Below, in pieces: positions 54,032 through 64,000 of a DNA stretch of 64,000 nt. The position numbers and the translations under genes are program-made. The DNA lies in the NCBI RefSeq assembly GCF_006345805.1, contig NC_042997.1:135098001-135162000 (forward strand), read 5' to 3'. The notes under the pieces are model-generated. The model ran no database searches and was not told where the DNA came from. It was given only the letters and a program-made list of their open reading frames with translations. The stretch comes from Octopus sinensis (Eukaryota). The stretch's first letter is position 1. Each line of letters starts with the position of its first letter.

Positions 54032-54530
54032 TAATAATAATAATATTAGAGGTATATTACTTCCACTGCTACGACCATGACCACTAACAACAACAACAAT
54101 ACTAAAGGTGATCAAGACGAAGATAGCAGGAAAATTATCTTTTAGGGTTAAAAGTTCTATTGCACCACCATCACCACTAGCAACAATAATTAAGGTGCTG
54201 ACAATGATGATGATGACAATTGAAATATAAAAATATAAAAATCTCTGACAAAGGATATTTACAACATTTCTAAAAATAACCCAACAATTGCTGCTTCGGC
54301 CAGGGTCAAGATACAGGACTCTTGACATGTCCAACAAAGCGTGATGCCTAAACCAATCAGCTCAACCAACCAATCAGCTTAAGTAATTGAGTGATACTAC
54401 ACACTGATTGGTCAGAATACAGTTTGCAAAACCTAGCACTCTGGAGCCTACCCAGCTGTATTTATAGCACAGAATCAATCATCTTGCTACAGTCAAAAAT
54501 TGTGAAGCATGACTGTCAACCACTACTACA

Positions 54531-54575
54531 TGAACCCGAAGATTGCAGAATTCAATGCATGAAAGTACTAGTTCA
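54531..54575 (+). ncRNA. Minimal type I hammerhead ribozyme motif in the PLE tail (U4C variant)
   Basis: UGAAC-CCGAAGA-U-UGCA-gaauucaa-UGCA-U-GAAA-GUAC-UA-GUUCA: stem I UGAAC/GUUCA, stem II UGCA/UGCA, palindromic AGUACU stem III, CUA cleavage triplet. Confidence 0.72.
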
Positions 54576-54809
54576 ATCAGAATGAATATTTAACATTCTA
54601 CTATTTCATTTTATTTTATTCAATTATAATATTATCTTTTTATAATATCATTATAAGATTGTAAATAAAACGTGAAAATCAGACAAGGTTGGAATTCTTT
54701 TTATTAATATATTCTTCTATACACAATCACACACACCCATATATATATATTCTATATTTATGTATATATACATATACATATAATATATATATATATATAT
54801 GTATATATA

Positions 54810-57800
54810 TCTCTCTATATATAAACGGCAGTTTGTCTGTGCGGTTCTGTGTGTCTGTTTTCTCGTACCCTCACCCTGACCACGGCTTTCAACCGATTCT
54901 GATGAAACTTGACACACACATAGCCCAATGTCATAATTCAAAACTAACGCAGCGAAAATTTTGAAAAGTTCCCCCAGTTCTGAAAAAAATTGATGATAAT
55001 TCGACATGGGGTCGAGAATCATAAACATGAACCACAGACTGTCTAGGGGACGCAACTCGAGAATCTAAGCTTTTTTTATGCAACGCATTATCTATGGTAG
55101 TTTTCACAACTTGCAATCGATTTTCACCAAGCTCATGGTGAAGCTTAATGTTACCCTAAGAAACTCAATTCTGACGTTAGTTTTCCATGCAATACCTTAC
55201 CATCAGAAACAATCGATAAAATCATGCCATTTTGGGAAATCGCGTTCAAATTCAAGATGACATATTTTCGACAATATCTTTCACAAATTGGGAGGAATCT
55301 TTTTTTTTTCACAACGAGCATCATGTCTGCTCCAAGGAGCTATATAGCCCTTTTATTCCAATAGGATACATTATTGGAAAAATCGGTTAATTTAATCATA
55401 TGTGGCACACATAGCAAACAAATTTGTGTATTAAACACAAACCAGACTGTCTAGGGGACGCAACTTGACCTTTTTAGCTATCGATAATTCGATCCAACAA
55501 TTCCTACCAGGAAGAAATTACATTCGAGACTTTACCCCCAACACCGCCACTTCTGCTAATAGCTGCTGCAGCCGCAAGTTATTCGAATACTTTTTTGTTT
55601 AAACTTTCTTATAACTACCACCCCAAACGTTTTACCTTCAATTTTTGACGTACCCTAACGGTCCTCGGACGCTACTTGCAAACTCTTGGTTTATTATAAA
55701 CCACTTTTGTCGTGTGCATCAAAAAACTTTTCCTTTCGTTTGTTCAGTTTGATCACTTTTGACTTTTTCGTTGTTGTCACTCACATTGCTGCCAGCTTTT
55801 TGGCCGTTTTTGTACTTTTTAACATTTTCGGATACTTACCCCACGAGCTCCTTTTTATTACACCTTTACCAAACACATTGCTATCCATCAAAATACTTAC
55901 CCACGTGTTCCTTTTTATTACACCTTTGCCAACACATTGCTATCCACCAAAATGCCACCCAAGAAGAGAAGGACCCTCCTCAGCCCTCGGACGGCCAAGG
56001 CATCGGCTGCTAGGGCTAGAAGGGCACGCGAGACCCACGAGGAAACCGCCTTGCGCCTCTCGCAAACAGCTTCCCGTTATGCCGCTGCTCAGGCATCTGA
56101 AACTACTAGCGACCGTTCTACCCGACTTGCAAGGGTCGCAGCGTACAGATCTTCCCTCCGCTCGAGGTTGACGAAAGAGCAACAGTCAGCCAAAAACAGC
56201 GGGCTTCTTACTGTGCTTCCATCCGCAGAGCTCGCGAGAACCCCGAACAAAGGGCCATTCGGAATGCGGCTAACGCCACTAGCACCGCCAGGACACGATC
56301 TGTCGAAACCTCACAGCAGAGGAGAACTCGCCAAGATGCTGACGCCGCAAACAAAGCCATGGCCAAAGCTGCCGAAACACCTCAACAGAGGAGAGCTCGC
56401 CAAGCTGCTAACGCCGCAAACACAGCCAGGGCTCGATCTGCCGAAACTCCACACCAACGGACTATTCGGACATCCAGACATGCCATTAACACTGCTTCTG
56501 CTAGGGCTTCAGAGGGTGTTGAGGCGAGAGCTGAAAGGCTTTCAAGGGATGCCACTGCTACGCTGTCGCACGTGCATCTGAATCTGCTGAGGCACGGTGC
56601 ACTCGACTTGAGAGTGAGAGTATCAACAAAAGTCGGGATATCATTCGTGGTGTACGTACCCCTGCCCCCGCTTTCTGGTTGTCACTAGCATTCAACTACG
56701 ACGCCACAATTAACTTCTCCTTGCGTGACGACATCAAGATAGGTCAATGACAATTGTATGCCAGTTTGCAAAGCCAAGAAATGGCCCGGAGAGCCACCTG
56801 GTTTGTGCTGCTCTGGTGGCAAAGTGGACCTGCCACCCCTACGGGAACCACCTCAACCACTGAAGGATCTCGCGGCGGGTTTAACCCCCGATTCGTCACA
56901 ATTCCTTGAAATAATACGAAAGTACAACTGCTCATTCCAAATGACCTCTTTCGGGGCCAGAATTCCTCCCAGAGAAGGCTGGATGCCTACTTTCAAAGTG
57001 CAGGGACAGGTCTACCATCTTATTGGGTCACTTCTGCCAGACGAGATTCAGCAGTCTTCTTTCCTCCAAATATACTTCATTGCCGACTACAACCACCAGG
57101 TTGATGCACGCCTTGGAATAATACCGGGTACAAGCTATGTTCCCCAAAGACATTCTTCTCCGTCTCCAAACCATGCTTCATGATATCAACAGCTACGTCT
57201 GCAGCTTCAGATATGCCTTGGACAGTGCTCCATCTCCAAACTTCACCGTTGTCATTGATGCTGATAAACGACCCCACGGGGAGCAGACGAACGCCGTTTC
57301 AACGCACTTGCGTGCAACGAAATTGCCGCAGTCATACACGGAGAGCAACACAACAGCCGTGACATAATCATCTCCTCCTGTGGTAACAACCTACACAGGA
57401 TCAGCGAGACTCACAGATCTTATGACGCGCTTCAGTATCCATTGCTTTTCCCTTATGGGGAAGACGGCTACCACTTCGGAATTCCTTTACGGCAGCCCTC
57501 CAATCAAACTACTGCGGCACAAAGGCATCAAAGACGGTCTCCTGCAGGGCGTTCTACTCATACCGGTTCATGGTCAGGGAGGGTGAGTTCAACTTATTGC
57601 CCCGTTGTCGTCAGCTATTCAACCAGTTCGCCGTCGACATGGCCGCAAAAATGGAATCGGAAAGGCTGCTATACATTAAACTTAATCAGACCAAACTTCG
57701 CTCCGACTCCTACATTCATCTCCGTGACGGTTTGCAACAAGAAAATGACCCTCGCAACATCGGCAAGCCATGCATTCTACCCTCCACCTTCACGGGAGGA

Positions 57801-60800
57801 CCGCGATATATGCGTGAAAGGACCCAAGACGCCTTGACCTACGTGCGCATTTACGGCCGGCCGGACCTCTTTATCACCTACACGTGCAATCCCAGCTGCG
57901 ACGAAATCACTCGCGAACTCCTCCCGGGTCAATCTCACACCCATCGACACGACATCGTTGCTAGGGTTTTCCGTCTGAATTTGGGCAAAATGAAGGATTT
58001 GATAGTTAAGGGTCAGATTTTCGGGCATGTCAGGTGCCACATGTTTTCGGTCGAGTGGCAAAAGAGGGGCTTGCCACATGCTCACATCTTAATTTGGCTC
58101 ACTCATAAAATCGAGACTAATGACATTGACAAATTCATTTCTGCCGAGATTCCTGACCCCGATGAGGACCCCGGACTCTACGAAATTGTCCGCACTACCA
58201 TGGTACACGGGCCCTGTGGACCAAATTACGCCAACACACCATGCTACAAAAACGGATAGCCTGCTCAAAGGGATTCCCTAAACGGTTCACTTTGGAGACT
58301 CAAACAGGCGGCGATGGGTATCCGCTGTACAAACGAAGGAGTCCAGCCAATGGAGGCCGCACGATTACGGTTGGCGACATCAAGTGGACAACAGCTACAT
58401 TGTCCCCTACTGTCCTCTCCTGTCGAAGATATTCAAAGCCCACGTCAACGTTGAGTTCTGCAGCTCCATCAGGTCAATACAATATGTCTGCAAATATATC
58501 AACAAAGGCAGCGATGCTGCCATGTTCAGCATCCAGAGGACCACCAGTCGCGACGAAGTGTCCAACTACTTGGCTGGCCGGTACCTCAGCAGCAACGAAG
58601 CGTTTTGGCGCATTTACGGCTTCCCGCTCCATCAGAGACACCCGGCTGTGGTGCAGCTTGCTGTACACTTGGAAAAGGACAGCGGATTTACTTCACAGAG
58701 CAAAGTGCTGTGCAGATAGCCACCAGCCCTAAAGACACAACGTTGACTGGTTTCTTCAAATTATGCCAACGTGATGACTTCGCTCGAACGCTTTTGTACC
58801 CACAGGTCCCATCGTACTTCGTGTGGTCTAAAAACACCTGGGTTCGACGGAAATCCGGCAAAAAAACGTCGAAAGCTTCCCAGGCGTCAAGTTTGACTCC
58901 TGCCTGGGTCGAGTTTACAACATCCCGCCAAACCAGCAAGAATGCTTCTACCTCCGTCTCCTTCTACATGAGGTCACTGGTCCAACAGGTTTCGCCAATA
59001 TACGTACCGTCAATGGGGTTCTGTGCGACACCTTCAGGGAAGCATGTATGAGACTTGGCCTTCTAGAGGATGACTCCCAGTGGGACGCCACGATGGCAGA
59101 GGGTGCTTTACTGCAAACGCATTCGGCCCTACGACATCTTTTCGCAATCCTTCTTCAAAAATGTCAGCTTAGTGATCCACTAAGTCTCTGGATGAAATAC
59201 AGGGATGACATGTCGCACGACTTCTTACGTACGGCTCAGCAACACTGCCCTTCCGCCGAGATCACGTTCACCAACTTCATTTACAATTTTGCGCTCATTC
59301 AACTCGAAGACGCTGTCATCGATAGGGTGGGTCTGCTTTAACAGAGTACGGCCTTCCACCACCCACACGTGAACACGCCAATGTTATGTCTGCTGAATTG
59401 TTACGCGAAACTTCCTACTGCATTGAGGAACTGCACCAGTACGTCCAAGATAATGAACCACAGCTGCTTCCAGACCAGCGCATAGCCTACAACACCATCG
59501 TAGACTCTGTCAGACAGCAACGTGGGGGGATTTTCTTCCTTGATGCACCGGCGGCACTGGCAAAACCTTCGTCACTAAACTAATTCTGGCAGAGGTCAGA
59601 CGCAACACGGACATTGCCCTGGCTGTAGCTTCCTCTGGTATCGCGGCCACGTTGCTTCCGGGTGGCAGAACCGCCCACTCTGCTTCAGACTCCCGCTCGA
59701 TCTGGCAAAGTCCGAGTCACCTATCTGCAACATCGCCAAGAACTCAGAACAGGCCGACATTCTGCGCAGATGCAAACTCATCGTATGGGACGAGTGCACT
59801 ATGGCACACAAAGGCGCCCTGAGGCACTGGACAGGTCCCTGCAAGACATCAGAGACTCTACGGCCCCCATGGGAGGATTAACTTTACTTCTTTCAGGAGA
59901 CTTCAGGCAGACTTACCTGTTATTCCAAAAGGAACCCGTGCCGATGCCGTGCGCGCGTGCCTTAAGTCGTCAGCTCTTTGGGCACATGTGCGGCCCTTGC
60001 ACCTCCAAACTAACATGCGCGCGCAGTTAATTGGTGACAGCGGATCCGCTGCATTCTCCAGGGACCTCTTATCGCTCGGTGAAAATAGGATGCTGTCTGA
60101 TGCGGATGGCTACGTTCAATTGGACTCACTTTGCACCATTGTCGACACCCCTGCTAGCCTCCGGGACGCTGTCTTCCACGACCTACAAAACAATTTACGC
60201 GACCTAAAATGGCTGGCAGGCAGAGCTATTCTCGCACCCAAAAATACAACCGTCAACTCCATCAATATCCAGCTACTTGAAGCTATTCCTGGTGATGTCC
60301 ACGTCTACAAATCTATAGATAGGACAGCAGACCCCGCCCAGCTTGCCGATTATCTGTTGAATTCCTGAATTCACTTGAACCGCCAGGCCTGCCACCACAC
60401 ATCCTGAAGTTAAAAGTCGGTGCGCCCATTATGCTCATCAGGAATTTGGTTCCACCTAAACAGTGCAACGGCACACGTTTGGTTGTGAAACATTTGGCAC
60501 CACATTTAATAATGGCCACAATACTTACCGGTTGTGGGAAGGGAGGGAGAGGACGTCTTCATTCACGGATGCACCTTCAACGTCGGGCGCTGACCTACCA
60601 ATCCACTTCAGGCGTTCTCAGTTTCCTGTTAAACTCTGCTTCGCAATGTCCATCAATAAATCCCAAGGCCAAACGCTACAAGTCGCTGGGTTACATTTGG
60701 GCGAACAGTGCTTCGCCCACGGTCAACTCTACGTGGGCTGTTCACGCGTTGGGAGGCGCAATGATGTTTTCATGTTTTCGCCCAAACGGACAGCTAGGAA

Positions 60801-60950
60801 CATCGTATATACAGAAGTATTCCAGTGAAGACAAGACATTGCAACGTCCACATGCACCTTCGTTCCCTGGAGGGAAAGGACTACATTGGGATTAGTCGTT
60901 GCCTACTAGGGGCTCTTACATACCCGGGCAATGCCGGGCTATGCTGCTAG
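54810..60950 (+). mobile_element. Full-length autonomous-type Helitron (6141 bp)
   Basis: 5'-TC at 54810 after A; 3' hairpin CCCGG-GCAATG-CCGGG (60923-60938), CTAG at 60947-60950 followed by T; encodes RepHel; both flanks are (TA)n. Confidence 0.96.
55952..60828 (+). pseudogene. Helitron RepHel (HUH Rep nuclease plus PIF1-family SF1 helicase), about 1620 codons, frameshifted in this sequence
   Basis: CCSGGKVDLP, FKVQGQVYHLIGSLLP, GRPDLFITYTCNP, VEWQKRGLPHAHILIWL (HUH, ~58050-58090), YVCKYINKG (~58483), DAP(G)GTGKT Walker A (~59545), [57 protein letters not shown]. Confidence 0.93.
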
Positions 60951-60984
60951 TATATATATATACACATATATATATTATATATAT

Positions 60985-61103
60985 GTGTGGGTATCTGTGT
61001 GTATTTGTCTTTGTGTCTGTGTTTATCCCTCTCCCACCGCTTGAGAACCGGTGTTAGTGTATTTAGGTCCCCGTAACATAGCGTTTCCGCAAAAGAGACA
61101 GAC

Positions 61104-61105
<2 letters not shown>
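60985..61105 (+). mobile_element. SINE family A 3' half, ending in a (GATA)n array
   Basis: GTGTCTGTGTTTATCCC...CGCTTGAGAACCGGTGTTAGTG...GTCCCCGTAACATAGCG...GCAAAAGAGAC matches the post-microsatellite part of family A. Confidence 0.75.
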
Positions 61106-61156
<51 letters not shown>

Positions 61157-62389
61157 TGGATATTAATGTTCGCTTTTATATTAAGTTATAATAAAAACAA
61201 TTTTACATGAAATTGAAGGATTACATTTTGTAGAGTACAACATTTCTTTGACACGAATAGTAATAACAGTGATTTCGAAGTTTCAGCCAGCTAGGCCAAC
61301 TAAGGTCGCGTCGGACTTCACTATATTTCAAATTTTATATAATACAATCTTTAAAAAGTAAAAATAGAAACATTGAACATTATAGTCCTGAATATATAAA
61401 ATAAGCGTATCACTGCTGGGAATCGGCTTAACAAATGACTATTTAGACGCTCCAAAGCGGGGTCTAAGCGACAATTAGTGGTGCATGTATGAAGTAACGA
61501 AAGAGGTTGCAGGATGTTTAGGTTTTTAAGGTTTTTATAGGCTGGAGTTAAAGAACAACTATGGACATTCTACTCTCGAACGTCACGAAACACCAGCACC
61601 CCAAATAAAAACCACTCTACATTCTTCAAAAGGGAAGGTGCAGATCCTATACTATAGCCCCTGTTTTGCAATTTATCTCCTTCCCCGTGTATGTAACATA
61701 ACAAATTTAAAATAGATCTGCTGGGTCAGAGAAAGAACTGCAAGTAAACCAGCATGTATGTGATTGGTGGAATCTTCATGCACTACTAGTAAAAGTGACC
61801 TCAATTTAAATGCAGGGTATCAAAATACACTGTATTACGCCCCATACATACGTACTAACACCAATTTGAATTCTTTGATAATTTCGTCGAACTCATTATA
61901 AGAAGATTCAGATGTAAACCTCTAAATGACCACTAGAAAGACTAGAAATAGTAAGCAAGTTCCCTCAACTCATAAAGTCTTATAAAGTATGCAGACACAT
62001 TCCACGTTGCAATCACATCAAAAATAAAGACAGAATGGTCACCGCTATAAGCTATTTTTTATTTAGATTCGTTCGAGTAGAACTGGATTGCATAATTCCT
62101 GTTCTTACATAATAGCCGTTCTTTTGTTATTAATTTCTCAATAAGTATCACTTGCCGAACTGATCTGCTGCTTTATATAAAAGTTCGGAGTGGAGACTGT
62201 CGCACAATTCACACGTCCTTGTTGCCGGAACTTATTGATACACTGAAGTATAAGTATTAATATCGTACTTCAAGGTGGAAAAGAAACAAATGCTTCAATG
62301 TTCTTAATTGATATATCTAATAAATATATATTTAATAAAGATGAATTTCTTAATTGATATATTTAATTATCGATAAAGTAATTCCAGCA

Positions 62390-63340
62390 ATTTTGCAAAT
62401 TGATCCAAACGCTGTAAACTTCTCTAGATTTCAAGGCAAAGAAACACACAATATCATTTTAATCTCTTCACAATTGATGAACTGTTTTCCCCTTCAATAT
62501 AATATTGCAATGATCTGAATAGCTGATAGTCAGGTGGAGTAAAGTCATGATTAAATGAGGAAAAGGCAAAACTTTCATATTTAATGCTATAATCTTTTCC
62601 TGGATGACATGACCAATTTGCTGTTTTGCAGTATTGTGTAATAACACCCCTCTACGATTGACCAATGATGTACGTTTTTTCGGTGAATTTTTGTACAGTG
62701 CTTCTAATTTTGTACAATACTTCGCGTTTATCACTCTGTTTTGGTTTAACACTTTACGAGAGACAACACCCTTTTATCCAACCAAGGTCGGATCATAACT
62801 ATTTCGGGGGTAGCCTAGTTTTGAGGATGTATTCTCCCTTGTCATTGGCTGATAACCAATAACCATTGTCATTTTCATTAGTTATGAGTATAGAGAAAGC
62901 ACATTCCATCATTTGTGATGATAATACCAAATAAAGGTCTCTTGAAAGGTCACTTGAATGACTTGAATAAGACAACTCTTTGATAAAGTTGAGAAGATGG
63001 TGTAGGATACCCTGACGATATTTCGACACATTTCCTAGTACGTGAAAGTGTTTTAGGATAGAAATATAACTTGAATCGAGCTGCTTTGATAATTTTCGCC
63101 TAGTTTGCCTAGAATATTCCTCTACTATGGATTTACGGTTTTCAGAAACTAAATGAATACAGAACTTAGTCCAGATCAAAGTGAATCTTCGAGAGAAAAA
63201 TTTCCTGGACAAAACTGGTCAATCTATCATTGGTATGCGCAGACACTTAAAGTTTCAGTTCAAAAATCTCTTGCCAGTTCTATTTCTGAAGATCGACACT
63301 TAAATTCATATCGCATCCAGCATTTGAAATGAATCTGACC
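62390..63340 (-). mobile_element. Mariner transposon, near full-length but decayed transposase
   Basis: IHFKCWMRYEFK (N-terminus), KSIVEEYSRQTRRKLSKQLDSSYISILKHF (HTH), NRVINAKYCTKL...KKRTSLVNRRGVLLHNTAK...KVLPFP followed by a shifted DLAPPDYQLFRSLQ (YSPDLAPxD motif). Confidence 0.85.
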
Positions 63341-63724
63341 AAAATTCATTTTGAAAACACATATTCGATATGCATATAAACTTTTTGGTACAAGGCAACA
63401 AAGAAAGAACAAAATCCACTGTAACATAAAACTTAATGGGTATTTTACCGTAAATATTGAAAAAAGTAACCCCTGAGTCATCATGTCAAAAAGCGACAGT
63501 ACTTGATTCAAAATTGATGTACAGAGTTGTAATAAATGGTTACTGGTCCTGCTATGGCTAGTCGGAAGAATAATGCATATATATATATATGTGTGTATGC
63601 GTGTGTGTGTGTTCTTACATCCATTCACATATACACACACATATACGCACACATTCACAAGCATGCACACACGCAAACACACATACGCGCACACACCAAC
63701 ACATATATATTTATATATACTAGA

Positions 63725-64000
63725 TCTTAGTCCTCCAATGCTGTTAGCACAACGGGTAACGAGGCATCTCCAAAAATCCCGATGGCTCGCTTTACAGTTA
63801 GTTCCACTGGGGCTGATTCCCATCGCTAACATGCGGTCTCGGAACGTACCGCACCACTTATTTCTTGGTCTCTCATTCGGTCTGTTTCTTTCTTCCGACA
63901 TCCACTTCATCCCAATGATTGAATGTCATTCCTGCGATATTCGAAGGACATGGCCAGGAAAGCTTATCACCAAATTCTGCAATTTTCCAATGGCAGCTAT
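63725..64000 (-). mobile_element. RTE-clade LINE 3' end running off the window edge
   Basis: FPGHVLRISQE*HSIIGMKWMSEERNRPNERPRNKWCGTF...ASHRDFWRCLV: GHVLR, (G)RPxxxW and AxxRxxWR motifs. Confidence 0.75.

Larger units (their letters stand above)
52926..54690 (+). mobile_element. Penelope-like retroelement, 5'-truncated (RT C-half, GIY-YIG, 3' tail with hammerhead)
   Basis: WKRYLDDCFIIW, LHPSLQFTKE, LPFLDI, YYKTTDTHQYL, SCHPPHTKRNIPY (PLE RT and thumb); NLIYCIKCPNCEEIYVGQTG...RVH (GIY-YIG), ORF ends 54031; several stops and frameshifts; 3' boundary approximate. Confidence 0.92.

Noticed and set aside
59500-60828. Possible host PIF1 helicase gene
   Set aside because: The helicase is collinear with an upstream HUH Rep domain and enclosed by Helitron termini; it is the RepHel transposase
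139-63910. Dozens of 60-250 aa ORFs rich in CV/YI/HT/LS/RE repeats in the six-frame track
   Set aside because: They are translations of (TG)n, (TA)n, (CA)n, (CT)n, (GATA)n and triplet microsatellites, which lack stops in some frames; no protein motifs

Overview
Eukaryotic, AT-rich, repeat-saturated non-coding DNA. The tRNA-derived SINE families and the very high microsatellite density point to a coleoid cephalopod, probably Octopus (inference). No host protein-coding gene, RNA gene or CRISPR array can be supported, and most listed ORFs are microsatellite read-throughs. The main element is a complete 6.1-kb Helitron (54810-60950: 5'-TC, hairpin-CTAG-3', A|T target). Its RepHel ORF carries an N-terminal 23-aa STPR-like repeat array and is broken mainly by 1-bp slips in homopolymers, so it may be intact in vivo. 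A 382-bp non-autonomous partner lies at 46059-46440. A 5'-truncated Penelope-like element (RT plus GIY-YIG) is followed by a minimal hammerhead ribozyme, and two more hammerhead-bearing Penelope-type repeats lie in inverted orientation at 27.5 and 29.6 kb. Two Tx1/L1-clade LINE 3' ends sit inside (GATA)n arrays, suggesting microsatellite-targeted insertion. The rest comprises decayed mariner, RTE and CR1-like fragments, a pogo-like MITE and about 20 SINE copies from three families, some with clear target-site duplications. The Penelope element and the Helitron appear to be nested inside the central microsatellite of one SINE. All calls are by eye; identities are visual estimates and most boundaries of decayed elements are approximate.
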